Below are positions 50,299-60,428 of a stretch of DNA of 64,000 nucleotides, in pieces. The notes beneath the pieces are model-generated. The model was not told where the DNA came from and ran no database searches. It saw nothing but the letters and a program-made list of their open reading frames with translations. Both the position numbers and the translations under genes were made by a program. The DNA comes from Thermoplasmatota archaeon. Lineage in GTDB: Archaea > Thermoplasmatota > JAKEGO01. The stretch covers positions 64,001-128,000 of the forward strand of contig JANQNK010000001.1 in assembly GCA_028279595.1 (NCBI GenBank), read 5' to 3'. The stretch's first letter is position 1. Every line of letters starts with the position of its first letter.

Positions 50299-51990
50299 TC
50301 ACTTGTGAGCGAAGTTGCAGACCACCCTGTCGCCTACCTCGACGACGTTCACGAACCCGAAACGTTCCAGCTGGACCACGGTCATCGGCTCGATCTTCTG
50401 CACGCCGTTCTCAATGAAGCCCTTGAGGACCGCGCCGTCCGGCATCCGGACCTCGCAGGGTACCGCGATCGTCTCCGGAACAGCCTGGACCATCGGCGCA
50501 CCCTTCTTCAGAACCGAGATATCGTTGCCGATGTAAACCCCTTTCCTGACCGTCGTGTCACCTGGCTCCAGTTCCACGTTGCAGAGGTCCTTGAGCCTGA
50601 GCACACCGCTCTCAGGCACCTCGCCACCCGGCAGGTATGCACTTATGGTCCCGTCCCTTGGTTCGATCCCGTACTCGCGGAACCCCCGGTCCGGATGGTT
50701 CGGCTGGACCGGCGCTTTCAATGTCAATGCCTCATCGGTGGCTATATCGAGTCTCACTGGGTCCGCGGAGAAGAACAACCTCATGGCGTCGTCGTCCACG
50801 GCCTTCTTGTTCTGGGCGAAGAGGTTCTTCCAGGAGAATACGATATCGACCTCGTTGGTCCCGACCTCCTTCCAGGTCTCCCGGATGGCCTCGGGCTGTA
50901 TGCCCCTCGCCTTCATGGTCTTCAGTGTCCCGAGCCGGACGTCGTCCCAGCCGGAATAGGCGTCGGCGGCTATGGCCTCCTTGATCGTGGACGTCTTCAG
51001 TACGGCGCCGTCGATCTTGACCCAGCCGTAGTGCTTGAATACCGGTTCGGGCCATCCGAAGTGCCTGTAGACGTACTGCTGTCTGATCGTGTTGTTGAGG
51101 TGGTCCTTGCCCCGGAGGATGTGCGTCATGCCCATCAGGTGATCGTCCACCGCCACTGCGAAGTTGTACGTTGGATAGACCCGGTATTTATCCCCCGATC
51201 GCGGATGGGGGTCCTCCACTATCCTCATCGCGACGAAGTCCCTTACTGCAGGGTTCTTGTGTTCGAGGTCCGTCTTGACCACGAGGGAGGCCTCACCCGG
51301 CGAGAAGGTCCCGTCGAGCATCCTCTTCCAGTCGCCGGTGCCGTCCGTGTCCCGGTGCTCGCACGCGACCGATGCAGCCTTCTTCTCACGCCATTCCTCC
51401 ACCGGACAGGTGCAGACGTAGGCGGCGCCCATCTCGAGGAGCAATTTGGCGTGTCCGTAGTAGGTCTCCATCCGGTCGCTCTGTGCGACGACCTCGGTGA
51501 CCTCTACGCCGAGCCACTCGGCGTCCTCCTCGATCATCACGTAGGCTTCTGGTAGGATGTTGGTAGGATTCGTGTCCTCGATCCTGAGGACCATCCTGCC
51601 TCCGTAGCGTTTGACGTATTCGTCATTGAGGATCAGTGCCCTGGTGTGTCCGAGGTGGAGCGGACCGGACGGGCCGGGAGCGAAGCGCATGACCACCTCT
51701 CCTTCCCATTCCTTTCCGGAGCCATCGAGCAGTGGAGGGAGTCCCTTCTGCACCTGCCTCTCGGGCGCTTCGTAGCCGAGGTCCTCGAGAGCGGCGAGCT
51801 GCTGGTCCGTGGTCATGGCGTTGACACCCTCGGCCAGCCGGGTTGCCAGTTCCATCACGGTCTCCACGTCCGAACGCAGTTCCGGGTGGTCTCCCAGGAT
51901 AGCACCCAGGACGGCCTTCGGCTGTGCCTTGCCGTCATGCTTCGTCGCGTTGACGAGCAGCAGCAGCTTGATCTCGTCCGCAAGGGCCAT
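50299..51990 (-). CDS. gltX: Glutamate--tRNA ligase (archaeal)
   Basis: RFAPGPSGPLHLGH, THILRGKDH, GWDD.RLGT, QLERFGF. Confidence 0.96.
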   Translation of the reverse strand: MALADEIKLLLLVNATKHDGKAQPKAVLGAILGDHPELRSDVETVMELATRLAEGVNAMTTDQQLAALEDLGYEAPERQVQKGLPPLLDGSGKEWEGEVVMRFAPGPSGPLHLGHTRALILNDEYVKRYGGRMVLRIEDTNPTNILPEAYVMIEEDAEWLGVEVTEVVAQSDRMETYYGHAKLLLEMGAAYVCTCPVEEWREKKAASVACEHRDTDGTGDWKRMLDGTFSPGEASLVVKTDLEHKNPAVRDFVAMRIVEDPHPRSGDKYRVYPTYNFAVAVDDHLMGMTHILRGKDHLNNTIRQQYVYRHFGWPEPVFKHYGWVKIDGAVLKTSTIKEAIAADAYSGWDDVRLGTLKTMKARGIQPEAIRETWKEVGTNEVDIVFSWKNLFAQNKKAVDDDAMRLFFSADPVRLDIATDEALTLKAPVQPNHPDRGFREYGIEPRDGTISAYLPGGEVPESGVLRLKDLCNVELEPGDTTVRKGVYIGNDISVLKKGAPMVQAVPETIAVPCEVRMPDGAVLKGFIENGVQKIEPMTVVQLERFGFVNVVEVGDRVVCNFAHK

Positions 51991-52800
51991 TCATTCCCTC
52001 CAGTCGTATCCGGGCGTCCTCGGCCCGAGCTTCAGGACCAGGGGCATCCTCCTCTTGTGGGCGGACCCCCGGACCATATCCCGGACCCTCTTCACCTCGT
52101 CCACAGGGATGTCCTCGCGGGATGATATCGTCTCGTCATCAAGGCGCATCTCCAGTCCGCGGAGGATCCGGTCGAGGGTCCCGTAGTCGATACCGAGGTC
52201 GTCCTCGTCGCACTGGCCCGGAAGCAATCCTGCCGTCGGCGCCTTTTCGATGAAGGAGGCGGGCACGCCGATCTCTTCGGCAAGCACACGCACCTGCGAT
52301 TTGTATAGGTCCCCGATGGGGAGGTAGTCCGACCCTCCGTCCCCCCATTTCGTGAAGTAACCGACGAGGAGCTCCGTCTTGTTCGAGGTTCCGAGGACGA
52401 GGCGGTCCTCCTCGTTCGCCAGCGCGTAGAGCAGGCTCATCCTGATCCTCGCCTTGAGGTTGGCCATCGTCACGGGTCCAGAGGACGCCATCGGTCCTGC
52501 AGCGACCTCGACGATTCCCCCTATCGGGACGACGGTGTAAGCGACCCCGAGCTCCTCGCACAGGGTCCTGGCGTCCGCCATATGAACTCCCTCCTCCGAG
52601 CTGTCGTCGAGGGTCTCGGGCATCAGCAATGCCTTGGTCCTGTCGGCACCGAGCGAGTCGGCGGCCAGTTTCAGCACGACGGCTGAGTCCAGTCCGCCGC
52701 TCACTGCGACGGCGACCCCTTTGCTCCCCGACGTCTCCAGGTTGTCCCTCAGGAACCTGTCGATCGTGGCAACGGCATCCTCGGGCGGTCTCATGCTCAT
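51991..52800 (-). CDS. nadE: NH3-dependent NAD+ synthetase
   Basis: SGGLDS, NLKARIRM, GYFTKWGDG, KAPTAGL, DE..LG. Confidence 0.96.
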   Translation of the reverse strand: MSMRPPEDAVATIDRFLRDNLETSGSKGVAVAVSGGLDSAVVLKLAADSLGADRTKALLMPETLDDSSEEGVHMADARTLCEELGVAYTVVPIGGIVEVAAGPMASSGPVTMANLKARIRMSLLYALANEEDRLVLGTSNKTELLVGYFTKWGDGGSDYLPIGDLYKSQVRVLAEEIGVPASFIEKAPTAGLLPGQCDEDDLGIDYGTLDRILRGLEMRLDDETISSREDIPVDEVKRVRDMVRGSAHKRRMPLVLKLGPRTPGYDWRE

Positions 52801-52806
52801 CCTTCT

Positions 52807-53760
52807 TCACCTCGCTCCGTTGAAATGGTCTCTCACTCTAGCTAGGACGGCCTCCACGGCCTCCTCGATCATGTTATCGGGGGCGTTCAATCCAGCGGCT
52901 CCGGCGTGGCCTCCCCCCCAGCCGCCGACGTCCTTTCCGACCTCCTCCAGGATCATCCCCAGATGGAGGTCGCCGTCGACGACCTCGGGCCTCGCCCTGG
53001 CGCTTATCCTGCCGCCGCCGTTCTTCTTGTTCGAGGAAACGATCGCGACGTCGGCTCCGGCGTGGATCAGTATCCTGGCGGCGCCGCCCTCGTAGGCGGA
53101 TATCCGGGACATCGCGATGACCCTGTCACCCTCCCTCTCGACCCTGGTCCTCTGGAGTGTCCGAAGGAGCGCTATCCTCCTCGACACATCGAAGTAGTGG
53201 TCGGTCTCCACCAGTGCGAGCGCACCGGTGATGTCGCCTCCCGCGTCCATGAGGTCGGCCGCGGTCCTGAGCGATCCCGCGTCCGCGAACCGGAACCGCG
53301 CCGTGTCGGCGAGGATCCCGGCCAGTGCTATCCTAGAGTCCTCTGGCGAGAGCGTGACATCCATCTCGTCAAGTATCCTGAGGACGACCTCGACGCATGA
53401 CGGTCTGTCCTCGTCCTGGATGTGGACGGCGTCCTTCCACCCGTCCTGAGGGCGGTGGTGGTCTATCACGAGGTCGGGGGTGATGGTCCTGTCCGGCGTC
53501 AGCATCTCGGGAGTGCTCGCATCGACCACGACGATGACCTCGTAGCCATCCGGGTCCGGGTCGATGGTGTAATCGATACCCAGGTTCGCGGCCATCTCCT
53601 TTGCCGTGTTCCCGAGGTCGCCGAACGAACCGATGGTGCTATCCTCGAATATCCGTGAGATGAGCCACGCGCTCGCCAGCGCATCTGGGTCTGCCTGGGT
53701 GTGCATGAGCACTAGCGCAGGACCCTTCCCGGTCAGTTCGCGGACCCTCTCCACGTCCAT
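52807..53760 (-). CDS. DHH family phosphoesterase
   Basis: H..ADPDA, VD, IDHH, GI..DT, GGGH..AAG. Confidence 0.92.
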   Translation of the reverse strand: MDVERVRELTGKGPALVLMHTQADPDALASAWLISRIFEDSTIGSFGDLGNTAKEMAANLGIDYTIDPDPDGYEVIVVVDASTPEMLTPDRTITPDLVIDHHRPQDGWKDAVHIQDEDRPSCVEVVLRILDEMDVTLSPEDSRIALAGILADTARFRFADAGSLRTAADLMDAGGDITGALALVETDHYFDVSRRIALLRTLQRTRVEREGDRVIAMSRISAYEGGAARILIHAGADVAIVSSNKKNGGGRISARARPEVVDGDLHLGMILEEVGKDVGGWGGGHAGAAGLNAPDNMIEEAVEAVLARVRDHFNGAR

Positions 53761-53908
53761 CGCCCCGATATTCAGGAGGACTCTACTTAAACGTAATTGC
53801 AGGAAGCCCTCATCAAGCAAGGAATTCGCCCCTGGATCCCCGGTCTGGGACCCCTGCCTCTCCCCCAATCTTAAAATATGGTACCGTGATACGGGATGGA
53901 GGGATAGA

Positions 53909-56023
53909 TTGGGACAGGTCCGTAGATCTAGCTACCGCCAGCCGCCAACCCCCGAGGGACTCAAGAAGATCGAGGACGGGACGCTCGAGCACTTCGACAT
54001 CGAGATGTTCTCGAACATGAACACCGAGGTCCTCGAGGAGTACCTCGACGAGAAGAACAGGACCTCGGGCTTCGAGAGGAGCAAGTGGAACTGGCCAAAG
54101 ATAGGTCTCGGTCTGGTGATCGGCATGGCCTTCGCCATGATCAACCAGTACGTCGGTCTGAAGATCGGTCTCATCACCGGCGGCGCATGGTACATGGCAT
54201 ACCTCATGGGAATGGCCCTCAAGTGGAGCCCCACCGAGGTCAACATGACCGCGGGGACGGCCACTGGCGCTGACAGGACATGTACAGGCTTCGTCTTCAC
54301 CTACCCGGCGATCTTCCTCTTGGCATACGCCGCTGCGGACAATCCAGTTACCGCGGGCTATCTGAAGCCAGGCGGCGTCGGGACGTTCATATCGGAGGGA
54401 GATATCCCGCCCCTCGCCATCGCCTACATGGCCGCAGTGCTCGGCGCCCTGCTCGGCATCATGTACTTCATCATCTTCAGGCGTATTTGGCTCGTGGAGG
54501 ATCCCCTCCCCATGCCCGGTTTCCAGGCCGCCGTGAAGCTGATGGACATCACCAACGATCTCTCCGCCGGTTCATCGGACGAGGCAAGACGATCGCTCAG
54601 GATAGTAACCATGGTCGGCGGAGGAATGGCTTTCTTCACGTTCCTTCGGGACTTCCCGTTCCATTCGAACGACAATTCCGTACTTTCGGAAGCCTTCCAC
54701 GGGAATCCCCACTATCACAACGGTGAGATCAAGGTGGCGGACGACGCCGACATCTCGAGATACACCCATCTGGGCTATGAACTGACCGGTATCCAGCTCG
54801 CGATCGGCTGGTTCATGAAGTTCAGGACCGCATTCCTGGTCAGCCTCGGGACACTCTTCACATGGTATGTCATCGTGCCCCTGGCTGTCGGGATGGACGT
54901 ACCAGCATACGTGCCCATCGTCCCCGGCTCGAACCCGGCGTCCGAAGGGTTCATAGCACCTGCCTATTTCCCCGATAAACTGGGAACCGTCAACGCAACT
55001 GCCGCTTACTTCGCCTACGGACGCGTCGCAAGGGTCATGGCGATAGGCGCGATCCTCGGAGGCGGTTTCACCGGCCTGCTGAAGATGGCCCCGACCTTCA
55101 AGACCGCGACCGCGGACATCCAGGGCCTCGTCAAGGGCGGCGACGGCGTCGCCAGGAAGGACTTCTCCCCCGGCAAGGGCTGGTACGAGTGGCCCGTCAC
55201 CCACATCCCGATCTATGCGGGCTTCGTGCTGGTTGCGATGACCTTCGTGTTCGTCGCTGGTGGTTTCCCGGTCATGCAATCGGCGGCCTTCAGCATAGTC
55301 CTGGTCATCGTGACGTTCATCCTTGGCGCTATCGCCATCAAGGTTGCCGGAGAGGTCGGGATCACACCGGTCTCTGGAACCAGTTTCATCACCCTGTTGC
55401 TACTGGTCGGTGTATTCACTGCACTCGGCACCGACTCGAAGACCACCGCCATCATGGCGCTGTTCGGCACCACGATATTCGGCACTTCGATCTCACTCTC
55501 CAGCGACATCACCTACGACTTCAAGGTCGGGCTGTACTGCGGTACCAGACCCGCTCACCTGATGCGCGGCGAGATGACCGGGATCGCATTCGGAACGATC
55601 ATCGCGGCCACGTTCGCGACGATATTCTCCAAGGGTCTCGTGGACGGCGACATCGAGCTGGCCGCACCCCAGGCCCACGCCTTCGCGACCTTCACCCAGA
55701 TCGTCATGGGCGGCAAGGTCCAGTGGTCGATATTCGGGCTAGGCATCTGTATCGGCATTTTCATGGAACTGCTGACAGGCATGGGGACCGCGTTCGGACT
55801 CGGAATGTACCTTCCGATCCAGGTCACCCTGCCGTTCCTTGTCGGCGGCGGCGCGAGGGACCTGTGGGAGAAGCACTACCTCGAACCCACTGCAAAGGCC
55901 GAGGGATGGGACGAGAGGAAGAAGACGATGAAGCTCCTGGAGACCTACATGATAGCCACAGGTCTCCTTGTTGGTGAAGCAGTCATGGGAGCCATAATCG
56001 CCGTCTACATGATCGGCCAGTGA
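53909..56023 (+). CDS. OPT-family oligopeptide transporter
   Basis: Y.GLKIG, LP.P, GEVG.TP.SG, D.K.G...GTRP, L.APQA, AFGLGMYLP, GL.VGEA. TTG start after GGAGG. Confidence 0.9.
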   Translation: MGQVRRSSYRQPPTPEGLKKIEDGTLEHFDIEMFSNMNTEVLEEYLDEKNRTSGFERSKWNWPKIGLGLVIGMAFAMINQYVGLKIGLITGGAWYMAYLMGMALKWSPTEVNMTAGTATGADRTCTGFVFTYPAIFLLAYAAADNPVTAGYLKPGGVGTFISEGDIPPLAIAYMAAVLGALLGIMYFIIFRRIWLVEDPLPMPGFQAAVKLMDITNDLSAGSSDEARRSLRIVTMVGGGMAFFTFLRDFPFHSNDNSVLSEAFHGNPHYHNGEIKVADDADISRYTHLGYELTGIQLAIGWFMKFRTAFLVSLGTLFTWYVIVPLAVGMDVPAYVPIVPGSNPASEGFIAPAYFPDKLGTVNATAAYFAYGRVARVMAIGAILGGGFTGLLKMAPTFKTATADIQGLVKGGDGVARKDFSPGKGWYEWPVTHIPIYAGFVLVAMTFVFVAGGFPVMQSAAFSIVLVIVTFILGAIAIKVAGEVGITPVSGTSFITLLLLVGVFTALGTDSKTTAIMALFGTTIFGTSISLSSDITYDFKVGLYCGTRPAHLMRGEMTGIAFGTIIAATFATIFSKGLVDGDIELAAPQAHAFATFTQIVMGGKVQWSIFGLGICIGIFMELLTGMGTAFGLGMYLPIQVTLPFLVGGGARDLWEKHYLEPTAKAEGWDERKKTMKLLETYMIATGLLVGEAVMGAIIAVYMIGQ

Positions 56024-56142
56024 CAGCCCTATCCCGGTCATAGCGTGACCGGTCGATATTCGATAACATGCAGCCTTGCGGCCGTCCCCTGCAGGCGGAA
56101 ACATGATAAAAGACCGGACCTTTCACTTTCCTTGGTGACCCC

Positions 56143-57363
56143 ATGAACGACTCCATTCGGGCAGATTTCCCGTTCCTGCAGAGGGACCCTACTCCGATCT
56201 ATTTCGACAACGCATGCATGACCCTGAAGCCGAGGCAGGTCATCGACGCGCTGATGGAGTACTACAACGACTATCCTGTATGCGGTGGAAGGAGCGTCCA
56301 CGAAGCCGGCATGGAGGTGACCGTCAAGGTCCAGGAGTCGAGGGACACCTTCGCCAGCACCTTCGGTCGCGAACCCCACGAGGTCATCTTCACGAAGAAC
56401 ACCACCGAGGCCATCAACCTCGTCGCCAAGGGGTATCCGTTCGAGAAGGGCGATAGGGTGCTTACGACCGGCTACGAGCACAATTCCAACATCATCCCGT
56501 GGCTCCAGATGTCCCGGTTGAAGGGGATCGAGGTGGTCCCGGTACCTCCTGCGGAGGACCTCACCTTCGACATCGAGCCCTTCGCAGAGGAGATATCGAA
56601 GGGCGCGGCTATGGTCTCGGTCACTCACACATCGAACCTGAACGGTTACACGATCCCCCTGGACGACGTGGTCAAGCTGGCACACGAGAACGATGTCCCG
56701 GTACTGGTGGATGGTGCACAGGGAGCACCCCACAGGCGGGTGGACCTGGGCAAGTGCGACGTCGACCTCTACGCACTGTCCGTCCACAAGATGCTCGGCC
56801 CGACCGGGGTCGGCGTACTCCTCGGAAAGGAGGAATACCTGACACAGCTGGAAGCGCTTTGCCCCGGCGGCGGTACGGTCACCAGCGCCTCCTATTCCGG
56901 CTACGAGCCCGCGGACCTGCCGGACAGGTTAGAGGGCGGACTCCAGGACTACGCTGGCATAATCGCCTCGAAGGCGGCGGTGGACTACCTGATGAAGGTC
57001 GGCCCCGAGACGATAGAGGAGCACGAACGTCTCCTCAACACCAGGGCGACCGAGGGCCTCCTCGATATCGAGGGGATCTCCATCGTCCCGCCGGCGGACC
57101 CTGCTCTCCGCGCCGGGATAATCTCGTTCAACGTCGAGGGCATGAACCCCCACGACATCGCGATACTCCTAGATGACATCGGGAACATCATGATCCGGTC
57201 GGGCCAGCACTGCGTCAACACGTGGTTCGACTCCGTTTCCGACAAGGGGATAACGGGCACTGCCAGGGCCTCGTTCTACGTCTACAATACCGTCGAAGAG
57301 GTCGATATCTTCCTCGAGAACATGCGCGGGATGACGAACTTCATGGGCGGGGAGATCGCCTGA
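56143..57363 (+). CDS. sufS: Cysteine desulfurase, SufS-like (class V aminotransferase)
   Basis: IYFDNA, EHNSN..PW, DGAQ, S.HKMLGPTG, RSGQHC, RASFY.YN. Confidence 0.9.
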   Translation: MNDSIRADFPFLQRDPTPIYFDNACMTLKPRQVIDALMEYYNDYPVCGGRSVHEAGMEVTVKVQESRDTFASTFGREPHEVIFTKNTTEAINLVAKGYPFEKGDRVLTTGYEHNSNIIPWLQMSRLKGIEVVPVPPAEDLTFDIEPFAEEISKGAAMVSVTHTSNLNGYTIPLDDVVKLAHENDVPVLVDGAQGAPHRRVDLGKCDVDLYALSVHKMLGPTGVGVLLGKEEYLTQLEALCPGGGTVTSASYSGYEPADLPDRLEGGLQDYAGIIASKAAVDYLMKVGPETIEEHERLLNTRATEGLLDIEGISIVPPADPALRAGIISFNVEGMNPHDIAILLDDIGNIMIRSGQHCVNTWFDSVSDKGITGTARASFYVYNTVEEVDIFLENMRGMTNFMGGEIA

Positions 57364-57945
57364 TCACTTCTGGTTGAGACGTCCGTTCACTATCGCCGCG
57401 ATCCCGACAGCACCGATGAAGACCATCGCGATTATGAACACGAACAGCAGGCTCAGTTCGTCCTCGGGATCGAACATGAGCTCGACGTCGTGCTCCGACA
57501 TGTCGAGGGTGAACCTCACCGTTCCATTGCTGTACTTGTAATCCGACCAGACCTCTCCGTCGAGATAGGCGCTGAAGACCTCCGGGACACCGACGATGGC
57601 GTATCTGTTGGTGCCGTTCCCCACGAACTCGATCTTCAGACTCCCGATGGCGTCGAGGTATCTGGCCACACCCTGGGCCATTATCTCGGTCAGGTCGGCG
57701 AAGACACCTCCCAGGTAGATGGTGATGTTCGCGACGTTCACTTCCTTGACATAGAGCGTGTTGTTCAGTATGTCGTAGGCTATGACCAAACGGCCCGGCA
57801 TCGACGCGTTCTCCAGGTCCGCAGTGTAGAACATGCTGTCGCCGTCGCTGACCGTGAAGCTCATCCTCACGTCCGCTCCGGAGGCGGCCGGGGCCATTAC
57901 TGGCACGGCAAGGAGCATGACGGCGATCAGCAGGCACGAACGCAT
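57364..57945 (-). CDS. Hypothetical secreted protein with C-terminal TM
   Basis: Signal peptide MRSCLLIAV..., C-terminal hydrophobic anchor. Confidence 0.7.
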   Translation of the reverse strand: MRSCLLIAVMLLAVPVMAPAASGADVRMSFTVSDGDSMFYTADLENASMPGRLVIAYDILNNTLYVKEVNVANITIYLGGVFADLTEIMAQGVARYLDAIGSLKIEFVGNGTNRYAIVGVPEVFSAYLDGEVWSDYKYSNGTVRFTLDMSEHDVELMFDPEDELSLLFVFIIAMVFIGAVGIAAIVNGRLNQK

Positions 57946-58030
57946 GACCCGATTTCCCCTGAAACGGATATAAGGATTGCGGTCGGAAGTGTTATAAGCG
58001 CGTCCCACATGGGTGCGAACGGTGACAACC

Positions 58031-58660
58031 ATGAGGATCGTGCTTCTGGGCGCCCCTGGCGCCGGCAAGGGAACCGCTGCGAAGATGCTGTCGGACACTC
58101 TGAACGTACCGCACCTGTCAGCGGGCGACCTCCTCCGGGAGAACGTGGCTGGAGGGACCGATCTGGGCATCCAGGCCAAGACCTTCATGGATGCTGGAGG
58201 ACTCGTTCCCGACGACCTCGTCATCGGGATGATGCGCGAGCGTCTTGCCCGTGACGACTGCCAGACCGGATTCATCCTCGACGGTTTCCCGAGGACCCTC
58301 GATCAGGCCGAGGCACTCTCGACGGTCACCGGCATCGATGTGGTCCTCAACATCGTCGTTCCCGAGGACGTGATAGTCAAGCGCCTCTCGGGCCGGCGCG
58401 TGTGCCCGTCCTGCGGCGCGGTGTTCAACGTCGACAACAACCCGCCTCAGACCAACGGGGTCTGCGACAGCTGCGGAGGTGACCTGATCCAGCGCGACGA
58501 CGACCAGCCGGAGACCATAGCCCAGAGGTTCGCGACCTACAGGGAGAAGACCGAACCTCTCATCGCGTTCTACACCAGGGACGACCTCGTCCGCGAGATC
58601 GACAGCAGCGGATCGGTCGAACAAACGAGGGAGAACACGAGGGCCGCCCTTGGTTTGTGA
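58031..58660 (+). CDS. adk: Adenylate kinase (bacterial type, Zn-binding LID)
   Basis: GAPGAGKGT, FILDGFPRT, C..C...C..C LID, QRDDD. Confidence 0.96.
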   Translation: MRIVLLGAPGAGKGTAAKMLSDTLNVPHLSAGDLLRENVAGGTDLGIQAKTFMDAGGLVPDDLVIGMMRERLARDDCQTGFILDGFPRTLDQAEALSTVTGIDVVLNIVVPEDVIVKRLSGRRVCPSCGAVFNVDNNPPQTNGVCDSCGGDLIQRDDDQPETIAQRFATYREKTEPLIAFYTRDDLVREIDSSGSVEQTRENTRAALGL

Positions 58661-58875
58661 TACAGCCCAGTGGCGAACGCGCTCGCTGACACGTCAATTG
58701 GTCAGCAACGCGTATCGGGAGTGCAGGACGGTCGAACCTCTGTTGGTGCTCCCCACATGTTGTCCGTCAGGACCTTGCCTCACCTGTAACGGTGGGAGTA
58801 CCGACGGTCAGCGATCTGGCTATATAAGCGACGGCAGACCGCAATTATAAATAGATTTCAATCCCTCACTGGGGC

Positions 58876-59601
58876 ATGGGCATCGTGCAGGGCGGGTGGC
58901 GCTTCGCATCGCTGCCGCTGACGTTCGCGGTCCTGACGGGGATATTCGCGAACATCGAGCGGCTCGAGTTCGTTCCGGGTATCGACATGCTCGAGACGTA
59001 CACAGGCTACCTTCCTATCCTCATCTACTGGATCCTCTCCATCGCATTGTTCCTACTCGCTGGATTCATTCTCTTCTCCTTCCGGGACCCCAAGAGGCTC
59101 ATCGGAAAGGGGATAGTCTCCCCGGCCGACGGCAAGGTGAAGTTCGTCCGGACCGAGGGCGGAAAACTCCACATCAGCATCTATCTGGGCGTCACGAATG
59201 TCCATGTCGTTCGTGCACCGATCTACGGTTCCGTGAAGAACCTGCTTCACAGGAAGGGGAAGCATCACCTGGCCTACAAGCCGGAGAGCATGAACAACGA
59301 GCGGTGGGTCCTGACCATGAACACACCGAGCGGCGAGATCGGGGTAGCCATGATCACAGGCGGGTTCGCCCGGCGGGTTATACCCTTCATGCGGATGGGC
59401 GACAAGATCAAGAAGGGCGAGAAGATCGGCTTCATCAGGTTCGGATCGAGGGTCGACCTGCTCCTACCCCAGACGTTCGAGCCGAACGTGGCCCCAGGAT
59501 CGAGGGTCAGGGCGGCCATCGACACCATCGCCGTGGAATCGAAGGACCCCGGCAAGGAGAGCAACTTCGGCGACGCCTGGGTCATGTCGAGGAAGAGGTG
59601 A
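58876..59601 (+). CDS. psd: Phosphatidylserine/archaetidylserine decarboxylase proenzyme
   Basis: FRDP, SPADG, NVH..RAP, NER, IRFGSRVD autocleavage motif. Confidence 0.93.
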   Translation: MGIVQGGWRFASLPLTFAVLTGIFANIERLEFVPGIDMLETYTGYLPILIYWILSIALFLLAGFILFSFRDPKRLIGKGIVSPADGKVKFVRTEGGKLHISIYLGVTNVHVVRAPIYGSVKNLLHRKGKHHLAYKPESMNNERWVLTMNTPSGEIGVAMITGGFARRVIPFMRMGDKIKKGEKIGFIRFGSRVDLLLPQTFEPNVAPGSRVRAAIDTIAVESKDPGKESNFGDAWVMSRKR

Positions 59602-59605
59602 TCCC

Positions 59606-60355
59606 ACGATCGGAAGAAGGGACCTACCTGACATTCTCTCCATCACCAACGGGACCATGGGGGTCTTCGCGATCATGTACGCGATAGACGGGGCCTTCGA
59701 GATCGCCGCGGCCCTCATCCTCGTCGCCATCCTCTTGGACGGACTCGACGGTGCCGTCGCCCGTTGGCTCAACGCAGAGACAACGGTCGGGAAGGAGATC
59801 GATTCTATAGCGGACATGGTCTCCTTCACCATGGCCCCTGCCGTCCTCATCTATGCCTGGCATTACGATCCGTCGGCAGGGTCCAGCCTGCAGCTGGTCC
59901 AGGGATACACATACGGCCGTGCGATCAACCTCCTGACGGTCATCGCCTCAGGGGCCGGGATGCTCCTCGGGATGTACCGCCTGATGCGATTCCGGTCCAC
60001 CGACTACGACCTTCCGTTCTTCAGGGGTGTCCCGACGCCCGCATACGCGTTCTTCGTCGTGACTTCGATCTATCTCATATCACCCATGGCCTTCCTTCCG
60101 GTGGCCACGATGGTCGGACTGCTGATGGTCTCCCACGTCAGGTATTCCAAGGTGCAGGGTCTCCTGGCCGTACCGGCCCTTGCCGGGCTCGCCCTGGCGT
60201 TGGCGGGCATTGCGATGGAAGGGGCCCGGTCGGCACTGATATCCGTCGCTTTCGTGCTGATACTGGTCTACATCGCCTCCCCTCTTGTCGTCACACCGCA
60301 GGACAGGGTGCCCCCTGCAAGGTTCCGGAAATTCTCGGATATGAGCAAAAAGTAG
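59606..60355 (+). CDS. pssA: CDP-alcohol phosphatidyltransferase (archaetidylserine synthase), probable ACG start
   Basis: D..DG..AR...G...DS..D motif, F.G.PTP. The N-terminal LPDILSITN lies upstream of the first ATG (59657). Confidence 0.88.
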   Translation, partial: TIGRRDLPDILSITNGTMGVFAIMYAIDGAFEIAAALILVAILLDGLDGAVARWLNAETTVGKEIDSIADMVSFTMAPAVLIYAWHYDPSAGSSLQLVQGYTYGRAINLLTVIASGAGMLLGMYRLMRFRSTDYDLPFFRGVPTPAYAFFVVTSIYLISPMAFLPVATMVGLLMVSHVRYSKVQGLLAVPALAGLALALAGIAMEGARSALISVAFVLILVYIASPLVVTPQDRVPPARFRKFSDMSKK

Positions 60356-60428
60356 TCATCGGTCCACAAAAATCTCCGTGTAATGGCCTATATAGAGTAT
60401 AAATAAAAGAAAAGCCAATTAACGTAGC

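Noticed and set aside
58720-58780. Minus-strand resemblance to a ZTP riboswitch (TGAC...GGGAGC...CGACCG)
   Set aside because: The terminal CGCCUGGGC stem is missing and no same-strand gene follows.
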